The position numbers and the translations under genes are program-made. 54,249 nt of DNA from a virus. Lineage: Duplodnaviria > Caudoviricetes. Below are positions 33,866 to 44,374 of the stretch, in pieces. The notes below the pieces were generated by a model, which worked only from the letters and a program-made list of their open reading frames with translations, searched no databases and was not told where the DNA came from. Location of the stretch: IMG/VR virus record IMGVR_UViG_3300010398_000013, positions 1 through 54,249 of that record. The stretch is one strand, 5' to 3'. Every line of letters begins with the position of its first letter. Position 1 is the first letter of the stretch.

Positions 33866-35017
33866 ATGGCCGATCCGATTTTGGACGAAATCAACCTGAC
33901 GACCCTTCCTGAAGTCAACGACTCGGCCATCGAGGACGTCTTCTTTTTAGGAAGCGTTCTCCAAGCCCATCTCCGCGCCAAGTGCTTGGTCCCCTTCACC
34001 GGTGGCGCTTTCATCCGCAACCTGCAGTTGTATGCCCCGCTCAATGGCGGTGCCTACCCGAAGTCGATCGGCGGCTTCAATCTGACCAAGCCGCAAACGC
34101 TCTCCGGTACGGTGTTCGACCCGCGCTACTACTGCGTGATGATTATCGAGTACCTGGAAGACATCGACGTGCTGAATACGGGCGATTTGAGCGTTTTCAG
34201 CCTGGTCGAAACCGATGTCGCCAACGGCTACCAGACCATCTCGGCATTGATGGCCTTGGACCTTCAGTTGAACGGCCAATTGGGAGCCCGCAGCGGCATC
34301 AATATGAACGGCTGGGTCGAGGCCTTCGACGATGGCATCCTACCGGCCTACGACGGCAACATCTATACCAACTACGGCACGGCCTTACGTAACGGTGCCG
34401 TCAAGCGCGGTTTGAATGGCAACGTCTACTGGGGCGGCAAAAGCGACGGGACGAACGGGGCGATCTCCTACCCCCAGTTGAATGCCATGTACAACCTGGC
34501 CAAGCGCGGACGCGACGAAGTCGATCTGATCTGCGGCAATAAGCCGATCATCTCGTTTGTGGAAAACCGCATTCAGCCGATGCAGCGCTTCGGCCAGGAC
34601 GCGCCGTCGGTACGCGATCCCTACTTCGGGGCCACGGGATTCCGGTTCAAAAATGCCGTCGTCATGATCGACGACTATTTCCCGTCGGCGTTCGGGGCAC
34701 CGTACTCCGATAGTTCGAATTTCGGCCTCGGCTCCAATTTAACCGCGCCCTTCACCAACACCTTGACGGGAACTCCGGCCAACAACTTCCCGAATTCGAC
34801 CGCGGCGCCGACCTTGACGCCGGGCGAAGTCCTGACCATGTTCAACACGACGCGGATGCGGTTCCGGGTCTCGAATTCGAAGGAGTTCGGTTTCAATCCC
34901 ACCGACTTCATCCGCACGCCCGACAACACCCGCGTGGCGTCGCAGTTGAAAGCGGCAGTGAATTTGGAAGTCACGGCCCCGTGGTCGGGCGTTCAGGGCT
35001 ACGGCTGGAACAGTTAA
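33866..35017 (+). CDS. Major capsid protein
   Basis: 383 aa after scaffold; AGGAG RBS; P..Y.......ED...N.G......L, DLI.G....F...IQP.QRF, TGF.F..A....D.Y.P pattern of HK97-fold MCPs. Confidence 0.85.
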   Translation: MADPILDEINLTTLPEVNDSAIEDVFFLGSVLQAHLRAKCLVPFTGGAFIRNLQLYAPLNGGAYPKSIGGFNLTKPQTLSGTVFDPRYYCVMIIEYLEDIDVLNTGDLSVFSLVETDVANGYQTISALMALDLQLNGQLGARSGINMNGWVEAFDDGILPAYDGNIYTNYGTALRNGAVKRGLNGNVYWGGKSDGTNGAISYPQLNAMYNLAKRGRDEVDLICGNKPIISFVENRIQPMQRFGQDAPSVRDPYFGATGFRFKNAVVMIDDYFPSAFGAPYSDSSNFGLGSNLTAPFTNTLTGTPANNFPNSTAAPTLTPGEVLTMFNTTRMRFRVSNSKEFGFNPTDFIRTPDNTRVASQLKAAVNLEVTAPWSGVQGYGWNS

Positions 35018-35064
35018 CTGGGGGCCACTGACGGCCCGACTTTTGTCAGAAAGGAACGACACGT

Positions 35065-35724
35065 ATGGCAGGCGTTCTTGACCCGGGCGATCACCGGTTG
35101 GTGGCACGCTTCCTCAACGACGTCAATGATGCCGGTCCCGGCAATATCGGCACGCTGACATCGATCTCTGGGACTCTGCTGCAGTCCTACTTCGGCATGG
35201 TCGGCAAGCGCTTGATCTGCACCTTTGCGATTGCCAACAAACTGACGGATCTGGTGGTCGGCCAGTTGTATGAAGGCATTTATCAGTACGTGCAGACGTT
35301 TGCGACTTCCGTCAATACTCCGGCCCGGGGCCAGCTCTGCTACTGGCGCGACTATGAGAACTACATTGTCACGCCCGACCCCTCGCCGACATCGAATTTC
35401 GGCGGCGACAATACGGGCCTGTTCGCGGGTGTCTATTTGAATGCCTTGACCAAGGGCAATTACGGCTTCATCCAGATTGCCGGTAAAGCGTCGGTCCAGT
35501 TCAAGGTATCGATCACCAAGACTCCGGCCGTCCAGGGCAACATCGCCGTCGCCGACCAGGCGGGCACCAATACGGCCGACGTCTTTGCCGACGCGACCGC
35601 CGTCAACTGGTCCAACCTCCGGCTCGTGCTGGGGGTGACCCTGCAGACGCCCATCAACAATTCCATCACGCTGGTGGATCTCTGGCATCTGCGTCAAGTG
35701 ATGGGCGGACTGGGAGGCTTCTGA
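35065..35724 (+). CDS. Putative capsid decoration/cement protein
   Basis: Follows MCP; G.YQYV...AGV....LT.GNYGFIQ.AG.A.V. Confidence 0.65.
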   Translation: MAGVLDPGDHRLVARFLNDVNDAGPGNIGTLTSISGTLLQSYFGMVGKRLICTFAIANKLTDLVVGQLYEGIYQYVQTFATSVNTPARGQLCYWRDYENYIVTPDPSPTSNFGGDNTGLFAGVYLNALTKGNYGFIQIAGKASVQFKVSITKTPAVQGNIAVADQAGTNTADVFADATAVNWSNLRLVLGVTLQTPINNSITLVDLWHLRQVMGGLGGF

Positions 35725-36080
35725 TGGCGGCACTGGTCGGATCGTATGCGTCCTATCCGGCGCCCCCCGGCGACAAGCGCTTCGGGATGTCCCAGATTAA
35801 CGGTCCGGCCAGCTATACGGCGATTACCGTCGGGACACCGCCGACCGGGGGCATCGCCGTGACGGCGGCGCAATTGGGTCTGGTCGAAATCGAGGCGGTC
35901 TTGTCGATCCCCACATCGAACAACGGCCAGTACCACCTGATCCCGTTTCCATCGCGCTCGCAGCTGGCGCCGCAAACGACGATGCTGTTCGCCGCCATCG
36001 TGACGGCCACGGGGGCGCAAGTGACGGCGGCTACCAATCTGTCGACTTTTACGTTTATCATTGTGGCGGTTGGTAACTGA
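35724..36080 (+). CDS. Virion structural protein
   Basis: GPASY......TGG..V.A..LGL..IE pattern; TGATG coupling. Confidence 0.65.
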   Translation: MAALVGSYASYPAPPGDKRFGMSQINGPASYTAITVGTPPTGGIAVTAAQLGLVEIEAVLSIPTSNNGQYHLIPFPSRSQLAPQTTMLFAAIVTATGAQVTAATNLSTFTFIIVAVGN

Positions 36081-36090
36081 GGAGGTTCCG

Positions 36091-36234
36091 ATGTACGGTA
36101 ATTATGGCCCGTCGATCGGTAAGCGGCGGAATCCGGCCAACTTCATGCAGGTGCGCACCCGGGGCGGCAAGGGCACTCGGGGCCGGACCCGGGTGCACGC
36201 CGTCAAAGGGCGCCATCGGCGGCTGAAGCGCTAG
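36091..36234 (+). CDS. 47-aa Arg/Gly-rich peptide
   Basis: GAGGAGG RBS; MYGNYGPSIGKRRNPANFMQVRTRGGKGTRGRTRVHAVKGRHRRLKR. Confidence 0.65.
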   Translation: MYGNYGPSIGKRRNPANFMQVRTRGGKGTRGRTRVHAVKGRHRRLKR

Positions 36235-36282
36235 CGGTTCTTCTTTGTTGGACTGTTCATTGCTCACTCAAATCAAACGACC

Positions 36283-36320
36283 GGGCCGTCATCCTGCACA
36301 CGCTGGCGGCCCCTTTTTTT
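36283..36320 (+). terminator. Intrinsic terminator after head operon
   Basis: GGGCCGTCA/TGGCGGCCC stem + T8. Confidence 0.85.
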
Positions 36321-36332
36321 GATGGATCGTCC

Positions 36333-37394
36333 ATGGCATTTCGGGACTATTGGGAAGACGTCGCCGACTCCATCCCGCGGCTGCCCCCGGCCCATGCGCA
36401 AACCTTAGTTAATCGCGCGTGGCACCGGCTTTGCGACTTCCGCCTTTGGAGCTGGAAAGTCGTCTACGGCTACATCACGACGCCGGCGGCGATTACCACC
36501 GGTACCTGCACCGTCACCTTGGGCAGTAATAAAGTCGTCTTTGACACCGCTGCCTCGGCCGCGTTGAATGCCGTGGCGGGGGCCAATCCGCCGCTGGCCT
36601 ATGCGCAAGTCGGCGTGGGCCGGCAGTTCCGCATCGGCTCCCAAGTCTCCGGTACCCCGGGCGCCCTCTACACCCTCATCGCCTGGGACGGCGCCTCGAC
36701 GGCAACGCTCGAGCGTGTCTTTGCCGAAGCCACGGCAGCGGGTCAGCCCTACATGGTGTACAAATGTTACTACCAGCCGCCGCCCTCCGACGGCACGTCG
36801 CCCCAAACCGAAGTCGACTTCCTGCGTTACTTCTCGATCGCTAACCCCGCGTCGGGCTACGCCATACGCAAACGCAAACTGTTCTATTTACAAGACCAGC
36901 TCAACTCGATCGATCCCCAACGTGGTGCCTCGGGCGATGCGTATATCCTGGCCAACTACACGATGGATCAGACGAACCCCAATATCGTGAGTGGCAATAC
37001 GATCCACGAATGGTATCCCCACCCGGTCAATCTGCGCGTCTACAAATGCCTGTACCAGAAGCGGGGCCTGGATCTCTCGGATACCTACGATATACCGTCG
37101 GAATTCCCCCAGGACTTATTAATCGACTATGCGTATTTGCTGGGTGCCAAGTGGGCCCTGCGGCAGGTTTCCGTCTACGCCGAATTGGCGAATACCAACT
37201 GGGTCGCCGTTATCAATGATATGAAATCGGCGTTATTCGATCCTCGGGAAGGTCGCCTGATTCGTGCCATCATGGCCGACGACGAGATCTCGCCCTTGAC
37301 GGCGTTCACGCAGTCCGGAACCTTCGACTTCCCCTTGGGCGGTCAGTTCCTCCAGAACCATGACGTGTCGCGATTGGTAGGCGGTTTAGACTAA
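36333..37394 (+). CDS. Head-tail adaptor-like virion protein
   Basis: LVNRAW..L.D.R.WSW N-terminus, TGT.TVT.GS insert, EWYPHP. Confidence 0.65.
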   Translation: MAFRDYWEDVADSIPRLPPAHAQTLVNRAWHRLCDFRLWSWKVVYGYITTPAAITTGTCTVTLGSNKVVFDTAASAALNAVAGANPPLAYAQVGVGRQFRIGSQVSGTPGALYTLIAWDGASTATLERVFAEATAAGQPYMVYKCYYQPPPSDGTSPQTEVDFLRYFSIANPASGYAIRKRKLFYLQDQLNSIDPQRGASGDAYILANYTMDQTNPNIVSGNTIHEWYPHPVNLRVYKCLYQKRGLDLSDTYDIPSEFPQDLLIDYAYLLGAKWALRQVSVYAELANTNWVAVINDMKSALFDPREGRLIRAIMADDEISPLTAFTQSGTFDFPLGGQFLQNHDVSRLVGGLD

Positions 37395-37436
37395 ACTTTC
37401 CCAGTGGAAGTCCGTTCGATAGAAAGGAAGTCGCGT

Positions 37437-37637
37437 ATGAGTGAGAAGAGCGAAAAGGACGGGTCCCCGATCTGTCAGGGCATCCGAAGTCCGATGAATC
37501 CTTATGAGCAGCAGATGACGCAGCGCATGCCGGAGCTGGGCACGACCGAAGTGATCCGCGGCTCGGCGCCCGACAAGGTCACCCATATCAATTCGCCGAC
37601 CAAGTCGCGGGCAACCGGCGACGCGAGCAATCAGTAG
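37437..37637 (+). CDS. Small virion-module protein
   Basis: AGAAAGGA RBS; 66 aa. Confidence 0.6.
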   Translation: MSEKSEKDGSPICQGIRSPMNPYEQQMTQRMPELGTTEVIRGSAPDKVTHINSPTKSRATGDASNQ

Positions 37638-37649
37638 TCGCGGTGGCCG

Positions 37650-39008
37650 ATGCCGCAGTACCAGACCATCACCCTGACATCGGCTATCGCCCAACTGGGG
37701 TCCCGTTTAAACGACAGCGCCAATATTTACTTCACGCAGATTGAATTACAGAATGCCATTAGCGAAGCGCTGCGCTGGCTGCAAGCGTTGACGGGATTTT
37801 ACCGCGAACGGGAACGGTTCACGATCGTTTCTAACCAGGTCTTCTACGATCTGCGCTATGTGCTGGATACGCCGGCAGGGTCCACGTATCCCTATGCGTT
37901 TTCGATTACGGATAATCAACTCTTAGCCGAGATTCAATATCATTTCATCGAGCAGGTCGCCAACCCCCAGACGATTCTCTTGCAGTATCCGGTCTCCGTC
38001 ATTGCCCAGGCCTTACAACGGAATCGGGATCAATTTTTAACCGACACGGGCATTTACATCACCCAGTCCATACCGGCAGGCCCCATCAACGGGGATGGCC
38101 GGATCAATCTGGCCCAGACCGTGCTGGACGTGCGGCGGGCGGCTTGGCAGGATGCCGCCTCGCTCCAGAACCGGCGCCTGCGCCGGACGGATGAGTATGC
38201 CGCTCTGGGCTACAGCCGCTTGTGGCCGCAGACGGCGGATCTGCCCTACAGTTATTCCGTGTCCCTCACGCCGCCCATCCAACTGCAATTGATCCCGATA
38301 CCGCTGAACACGGGCAACCTGGATATCTGCTCCCTGGACAGCGGTCCGGCATTGCCGTGCACGCCAGCCAGTCCTGTGGTGTTAGGGATTCCGGACGATT
38401 ACGTCTGGGGCGTGAAGTACGGCGCCATGGCCGATCTTCTCGGTCAGGACGGCCCCAATACCGATGTGGAGCGCAGCCAGTATTGCCGGACCCTCTACCA
38501 GCTGGCGATGACGGAAGCGCGTAAAGTGGTGACCGTGCTTCTGGGCCGCATTGAGGACCTGGAGACGTTTATCTCCGGCATCGCGAGCTTTGACGCTTAC
38601 CGGAACGGCTGGCAGACGATTCCACCGCAAACGCCGACGGATCTGCTGATTGTCAGTCCCAACCTGTTGGCTGTGAGTCCCACGCCGGACAAGACCTACC
38701 GGCTGACGCTGGATATGGTGCGGTCGATGCCCATACCGGTACTGGGTACCGATTTTTTGCAGATCGACTCCTCGATGCTGGAGCCCGTTCTGGATTTGTC
38801 CCAGCACATTGCCTCGTTCAAGATGGCCAGCGCCGAGTTTATGGTCACCACGACGCTGCGGAACAACTTCTTACGGATGGCCGCCTTGATGAACAGCCGC
38901 CTCCAAGCCAACACCTTCTTTAAACTCTTACTGGAGGCTCCGGCCCAGCGGCCCGAACTCGATGTGCCGCGGCTGACCCCGTCGATGCGGGAGACGGTGA
39001 ATGCCTAA
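37650..39008 (+). CDS. Tail adaptor/tubular protein-like
   Basis: RLND....FT..EL..AI.EA; two L.P.P adaptor-like modules. Confidence 0.6.
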   Translation: MPQYQTITLTSAIAQLGSRLNDSANIYFTQIELQNAISEALRWLQALTGFYRERERFTIVSNQVFYDLRYVLDTPAGSTYPYAFSITDNQLLAEIQYHFIEQVANPQTILLQYPVSVIAQALQRNRDQFLTDTGIYITQSIPAGPINGDGRINLAQTVLDVRRAAWQDAASLQNRRLRRTDEYAALGYSRLWPQTADLPYSYSVSLTPPIQLQLIPIPLNTGNLDICSLDSGPALPCTPASPVVLGIPDDYVWGVKYGAMADLLGQDGPNTDVERSQYCRTLYQLAMTEARKVVTVLLGRIEDLETFISGIASFDAYRNGWQTIPPQTPTDLLIVSPNLLAVSPTPDKTYRLTLDMVRSMPIPVLGTDFLQIDSSMLEPVLDLSQHIASFKMASAEFMVTTTLRNNFLRMAALMNSRLQANTFFKLLLEAPAQRPELDVPRLTPSMRETVNA

Positions 39009-42000
39009 CTACATCCGCAAGCCGTATAAACTGGTAGCGCGGGGCGTGGGCCTGCGCCATCCGCCCGATTTACTGCCCGATGGCCTCTATCCGGTAGTCA
39101 ACAACATGACGGCCCGTATCCTGGGCGGTCTTCAAGTCCGTGCGGGAATTACCCCGCTCAATACGCTCAACTACGGCGCTCCGGTCCACTCCATCCGCCG
39201 CTTGAACGATGAGACCAACAACTCGTTCATGCAGTTGATTGGGGCGGGGACATCGATCTTTGATACCACCTCCACGACGGCCATCGACAGCGGCTACAGC
39301 GGCAATCCGTTATCGATGGTGCCGTTTCGGCCGAATCAATCGCCCCGGTCGTGGATGTATTTAAGCGATGGTACCCGGTCGCGGAAAGTCCGCACCGACC
39401 GCACGAACTACGTTCAAGGGATTGCGCCAGCCGCGCAGCCGCCCGTAGTGACCCGGGGCGTGCCGCAATTCAATATCGTGGAGATGTTCAATGCGGTGGG
39501 CACCTGGACGAATTCGGGAACGGCCGGTGCGATCTCCACCCCCAACCGCTTCGCCACGACGATCAACCAGATTCTTTACGATTCGGGAACGACCGGGTGG
39601 GCTTCGGTCAATCCGGTGGTTGCCGACAAGAACCTGCAGCCCGGTGCCTTGATCATCTTCAATGCCGTCGAGACGGCGAAAGTACGCCAAGTCTTCGAGC
39701 CGGTCGTCAACACGACGATCCAATCGATCATGTACGACTTCGGCATTGCCGGACTTTGCTCGCTGGTTCTGACGGATCAGACGACGGGTCTGCAGCCCGA
39801 TGCGATGTTGCAGATTACCGGCGCGGGTCCCCCGGCTTCCGAGTACATCCGCGTTCTCAGCGCCTCCCGGGGGGTGGACGGGACGGTGTCGATCCGCTGC
39901 TCGACGGTGGGGACCCGGCATCCCGGCGACACGGTGACGGGCGTGGCCTCGTTTCGGGTCTATACGGTCGGTGCCTTTGTGAATGGCCAATCGCTGACGG
40001 GGGCCGTCTTTCAAACGAGTGTGACTTCGGGTCTGGGCTATCTCTCGAGAGATCTGCACCTGGCCCCGATCAATGAAGCCATGGCTTGGCCCAATGGTAC
40101 GGGGACGGGGGCTTCCCGGCCCATCCAGCCGGAAGACTACGTTCATCTTTCACTGCAGGTGGATAATCCGGTGGCGATCACCAATATCCGCGTGATCTTG
40201 AATGTGGACCCGGTCTTCCCCGCCGACTTCACCAAAATCCAGAACGCCTACTACAAAGACATCAGTCCCAGCGTGTTTCAGCCCGTCATCAATTCGACGT
40301 TGACGGTCTTTGCGGCCCAGCAGTCGGCGGTCCAGCAAAGCATTATCAATTCCAGTTCCGGAAGTCTCAGTGGCCCGGATACGTCCGGTTTCCGGGCGGT
40401 CCCCGCCGCGATTCCGGCCGGCAACCCGACCGGAGGCATCATCACGGTGCCCTCGGCGACTCCCAACATCGACTACACGGTGCCCGGCGACAATGCCTGG
40501 ACGGAATTTCAATTCAAGGTCGGCGAGATGTCGCCCATCGGTAGCGCCCAGACGACGACGTTGGCGCAAGTCACGGGCCTGATCCTCGTGATTCAAGCGA
40601 CGTCGACGGTCGTTGTCCTGGTCTCGTCCTGGTGGATCGGCGGCACCTACGGCCTGGATAGTCAGGGCAATGTTCCTTATATCTTTTATCAACGCTACCG
40701 GAGTTCGGCGACGGGAGCCCGCAGTAATCCGTCGCCGATCCAACGCGCGCCGATCGATATCCAGCGGGAACGGGCCGTGATCACGACGGCGGCATCCACC
40801 GATCCCCAGGTCGATAAGATCGATCTCTTCGCCTTGGGCGGCACCCTGGATCAACCGCGTCTGGCCTTAACGGCGGGGAATGCCTCGGCCAACGTCAATA
40901 TCGACGTCAAGGACCTGGCCATCCGCGTGAACGAGATCCTGTCGTTCAAGAATTTCCAGCCCTTTCCGATCGCCGACACCCCGCACTCCGGCTTGGTCAA
41001 TGTGGCCGGAACGTCGGTCACCTTGCTGTCGGGGGACCTCTTCAATATCAATTGGCAGACCGGCTCACAGATTGTGATCAATAATGCCGTCTACACGCTC
41101 TATGGGCCGCCTGCCGCCCAATCGCGCTTGGAACTGATCGAGAATGCCGGTTCGGGCTCCAGCGTGACGGTCTTCATTCCCGAAGCCACCATTGGCGGCG
41201 TTCCCTTACCGGCCATGTTTGGGCCGGATCCCCAGACGGGCTGTCTGCTGGGGGTCGGCACGGGCAAGGATGCCGGAACGCTGTACTGGACCAATCCCAA
41301 TGATCCGGACGCGGCTGCCGACGGCAATACTTTGGAAATTACCAGTCCGTCCGAGCCGTTGCAGACCGGCTTTATTTACGATGGCCGTGCTTACGTCTAC
41401 TCGGTGGAGCGGCTGTTCAACGTTTACGCCACATCGCGAACCGATGCGGCGACCGGCTTAACGGTCATTGCGTATACGGCGCAGGAGGTGCCCAACAGCA
41501 AAGGCAGCTACGGTATTTATTCGATGACGGTCACGCAGAATTTCTATTCGGTCGCGAGAGATGGCGTTTGGGAAGTCGGCGATACCGGCCTGGGCAACGT
41601 GACCGACGAACAGCTTTACCCGCTGTTTCCGCACAAAGGCCAGATCGGCACCTTGACCAACGGCTATTATCCCATCGATTTCACCCAGCCGAATGCGATC
41701 CGGCTGTTTGCGACCAAGGCCGCCATCTTTCTCACGTATTTCGACACCAACGGCAACTATCAAGTCATCGCCTACGACCGGTCGATCCCGCAGCCCGGCT
41801 GGTTTCCCCTCAAATACACGCCGGCGCCGCGCGTCATTTATGAAGAAGAGGGTCCAAGCTTGACGTCGGTGTTGATGGGCGGCCAGGATGGCGCCGTCTA
41901 CCAAGTGGGCAAGGGCACGACCGACAATGGTGTCCCGATTGCATTCGATTTCTACACACCGGCTTCCGACTTAGGGGACAGCCGCTTACAAAAGTTGTGG

Positions 42001-42591
42001 TCCGACTACATGCTGGACGCCGACTTGCAATTGACGACGGTGACCCTGACGCCCGTCATGAACAATCTCTTGATACCGCTGGCCCCGGTCACGGTCTCCG
42101 GTCTCACGGGCCGCCAGCAGATTCCAGAAACATTGATCACCAATCCTTTGGCGCTGTACTTGAACTTTTCATTGCATGTCCAGGGTTCCAGCAGCAGCTC
42201 GCCGCCCGTGTTCTATGAAATTCAGCCCAACGGGGTGATCCAGCCGTATCTGGCCACGCAACGCACGTCGCCCAATTTTGTCAGCCACGGATTTCAAACC
42301 TACGGCCACCTGCATGACGGCTGGCTGACCTATATCTCCACGGCGCCCTTGACGCTGACGATCACGACCGATGCCGGGCTGAGCTACACGGTGACCGTGC
42401 CGTCATCGGGCGGGGTGATGGCGAAGAAATACATTACGATTGCGGCCATCAAAGGCTTATTGTTCTTTTACTCGGTGACGTCGCCCTCGCCGTATGCGCT
42501 CTTTGACGATGAAACCATCATCCACGCCAAGGAGTGGGGTTCCGCGGGGGCGTATGTGCCGTTTCGGCCGTTTGCCGGACAGGCGGCCTAG
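39001..42591 (+). CDS. Tail nozzle/stabilisation protein (P22 gp10/T7 gp12-like with insertions)
   Basis: 1196 aa beta-rich; G.LYW.NP.DPD, T...D.GD.R.QK. Confidence 0.65.
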   Translation: MPNYIRKPYKLVARGVGLRHPPDLLPDGLYPVVNNMTARILGGLQVRAGITPLNTLNYGAPVHSIRRLNDETNNSFMQLIGAGTSIFDTTSTTAIDSGYSGNPLSMVPFRPNQSPRSWMYLSDGTRSRKVRTDRTNYVQGIAPAAQPPVVTRGVPQFNIVEMFNAVGTWTNSGTAGAISTPNRFATTINQILYDSGTTGWASVNPVVADKNLQPGALIIFNAVETAKVRQVFEPVVNTTIQSIMYDFGIAGLCSLVLTDQTTGLQPDAMLQITGAGPPASEYIRVLSASRGVDGTVSIRCSTVGTRHPGDTVTGVASFRVYTVGAFVNGQSLTGAVFQTSVTSGLGYLSRDLHLAPINEAMAWPNGTGTGASRPIQPEDYVHLSLQVDNPVAITNIRVILNVDPVFPADFTKIQNAYYKDISPSVFQPVINSTLTVFAAQQSAVQQSIINSSSGSLSGPDTSGFRAVPAAIPAGNPTGGIITVPSATPNIDYTVPGDNAWTEFQFKVGEMSPIGSAQTTTLAQVTGLILVIQATSTVVVLVSSWWIGGTYGLDSQGNVPYIFYQRYRSSATGARSNPSPIQRAPIDIQRERAVITTAASTDPQVDKIDLFALGGTLDQPRLALTAGNASANVNIDVKDLAIRVNEILSFKNFQPFPIADTPHSGLVNVAGTSVTLLSGDLFNINWQTGSQIVINNAVYTLYGPPAAQSRLELIENAGSGSSVTVFIPEATIGGVPLPAMFGPDPQTGCLLGVGTGKDAGTLYWTNPNDPDAAADGNTLEITSPSEPLQTGFIYDGRAYVYSVERLFNVYATSRTDAATGLTVIAYTAQEVPNSKGSYGIYSMTVTQNFYSVARDGVWEVGDTGLGNVTDEQLYPLFPHKGQIGTLTNGYYPIDFTQPNAIRLFATKAAIFLTYFDTNGNYQVIAYDRSIPQPGWFPLKYTPAPRVIYEEEGPSLTSVLMGGQDGAVYQVGKGTTDNGVPIAFDFYTPASDLGDSRLQKLWSDYMLDADLQLTTVTLTPVMNNLLIPLAPVTVSGLTGRQQIPETLITNPLALYLNFSLHVQGSSSSSPPVFYEIQPNGVIQPYLATQRTSPNFVSHGFQTYGHLHDGWLTYISTAPLTLTITTDAGLSYTVTVPSSGGVMAKKYITIAAIKGLLFFYSVTSPSPYALFDDETIIHAKEWGSAGAYVPFRPFAGQAA

Positions 42592-42602
42592 GAGAAAAAG
42601 CC

Positions 42603-42968
42603 ATGCCTCAAGATCCACTGGCCATCTTGCCCTATTACGCCACGGCTGTCGTCTTGTCGGCGACCAAGCAAAGCATCCTGACGCTGTTGATCAATGCGTA
42701 TGCGGCGATACCGAATGCCGTGATTCCGCCCAATCTCTGCGCCTCGGAATTGCACCTGAAAGCCGATTCGGGCAATGCCGCCAACCAGTGTTTGATTGGG
42801 GATATCAATATCACCAGCACCAATTATGGCGATCAGCTGACGTCCTCGGCTGCCGACCGCACCCTGGTCTATGGTCCCTTCGACCGGGCCGTCATTCCCT
42901 TAAGCGATATCTATGCGCTCGCGTCCGGCGGCAGTCCCCGGCTCTTGATCACCGTTCTGGTGGTTTAA
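42603..42968 (+). CDS. Virion structural protein
   Basis: AGGAG RBS; L.AD..N......IGD pattern. Confidence 0.6.
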   Translation: MPQDPLAILPYYATAVVLSATKQSILTLLINAYAAIPNAVIPPNLCASELHLKADSGNAANQCLIGDINITSTNYGDQLTSSAADRTLVYGPFDRAVIPLSDIYALASGGSPRLLITVLVV

Positions 42969-43784
42969 ATGCTAAGGCCACCGCCTGCGACCTTGCCGTC
43001 GGATATCCGGCAGTGGCTGGACGAACTCTACAACCACGTCATGCCCCTCACGCTGTCCACAGCCGCGACCTTGGCTCCACCGGGGGTGACCACGGTGACG
43101 GCGGGGCCGGGCTCGGCCCCCGTCCAGACGACGACCACCCAGCCGCTTCCCCCCGCTCAACCGCTCTTGAACCCATTCCGGGGCATCACGCCGGTCGAGT
43201 TATTGGCCTTTTCGACACCGTCGGCCATCAATGTCGCGATCGGTGCCGGGGTGATCACGCTGACATCGCCGTCCTTGGGATTGAACAACTTCGTTCTCGG
43301 CTCCGGCGGTACGGGCCTGCACGATTCCGGCTTCAGTGTCATCCCCATTGCCGACGGCGGGACCGGCTCGGCTTCCGGTTTTGCCGAAGGCCTGTGGACA
43401 CCCGGCATTGCCTTCGGCGGCGCTGCGGTCGGGGTTACCTATGCGGCCCAAGTCGGACGCTGGCTTCAGATCACCACCAGCCTGGGCTCCTGGGTGTGGG
43501 CCACCGGGACGATCATCCTGACCAATGAAGGGACCTCGGTCGGCAACCTCACGATTACAGGGCTGCCGGTCGCCGCGCAGAATTTAACGAACAGTTTTAT
43601 ACCGGCAACCTTGCACGTTGAGAATTTCCAAACGGTGGCGGGTGGCATTATCGGCAAGCTGGCCCCGGCCGGAACCACGATTGCGCTCTACCAGACGGCC
43701 AACGGTGCCTCCACGCCCCTGAATCAGACCGACACCACCAATACGTCTATCGTCATTGTGTCGATTTTCTATAAAGTGAGTTAG
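42969..43784 (+). CDS. Tail fibre/needle-like protein
   Basis: PIADGGTG; EG.WTP.......TY....GRW..I...V......ITGLP C-terminal fibre-tip domain. Confidence 0.7.
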   Translation: MLRPPPATLPSDIRQWLDELYNHVMPLTLSTAATLAPPGVTTVTAGPGSAPVQTTTTQPLPPAQPLLNPFRGITPVELLAFSTPSAINVAIGAGVITLTSPSLGLNNFVLGSGGTGLHDSGFSVIPIADGGTGSASGFAEGLWTPGIAFGGAAVGVTYAAQVGRWLQITTSLGSWVWATGTIILTNEGTSVGNLTITGLPVAAQNLTNSFIPATLHVENFQTVAGGIIGKLAPAGTTIALYQTANGASTPLNQTDTTNTSIVIVSIFYKVS

Positions 43785-43828
43785 GCATAGAATAGGAATC
43801 CATGCCCGATGACCGAAAGGAGTTGTAG

Positions 43829-44371
43829 TTGCCGGATTACAGGCACGATCCCATCATCAACTACGGGGCGAACCTGCTCAAGCAAGCCGGAGGTGAAGAG
43901 TACACCTTAGGCCGCAACACGGCCACCCAAGGCATCGAAAACTTACAGCCCGTCTACGACTACTTCAAAAAAGCGCTGTCGGGCGACACGACGGAACTGG
44001 CGAAATTGATCCAGCCCGAAACCGACATCATCGGCCAGCAATTTGATCAGGTCCGCTCCATGATTGCCGACCAACCCCGTTCGGGGGGGAAGGCCTCGAC
44101 GTTGGCCGAATTGCCGGTCGAGCAGATCCGGGCCATCTCCAATTTGATGCAGCAGGCGCGTACCGGAGCGGCCGGCGGCGCCGCGGGCGTGGCCGGGGCC
44201 CAAACGCAGGCCGGCCTCGGGCTGGCCGGTCAAGGCCTCAGTGCAGCGGGCCAGGCCGCGAATATCGCCATGGGCGGCCGGGCCCAGGATATCGGCTCCA
44301 GTTTCCGTGCCAACTTCTTGTCCAATCTCGGCTCCACTCTGGGCCAATCGATTGGCAATCTCTTGATCTAA
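43829..44371 (+). CDS. Putative DNA ejection (internal virion) protein
   Basis: AAGGAG RBS + TTG; Gly/Ala/Gln-rich. Confidence 0.6.
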   Translation: MPDYRHDPIINYGANLLKQAGGEEYTLGRNTATQGIENLQPVYDYFKKALSGDTTELAKLIQPETDIIGQQFDQVRSMIADQPRSGGKASTLAELPVEQIRAISNLMQQARTGAAGGAAGVAGAQTQAGLGLAGQGLSAAGQAANIAMGGRAQDIGSSFRANFLSNLGSTLGQSIGNLLI

Positions 44372-44374
44372 GCC

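Noticed and set aside
22696-43828. TAG stop-codon reassignment (in-frame TAG-ATG at 24949-24954, TAG-TTG at 43826-43831)
   Set aside because: Paralogous fibres end W.QVN with TAA and TAG respectively, and long genes are intact under the standard code.
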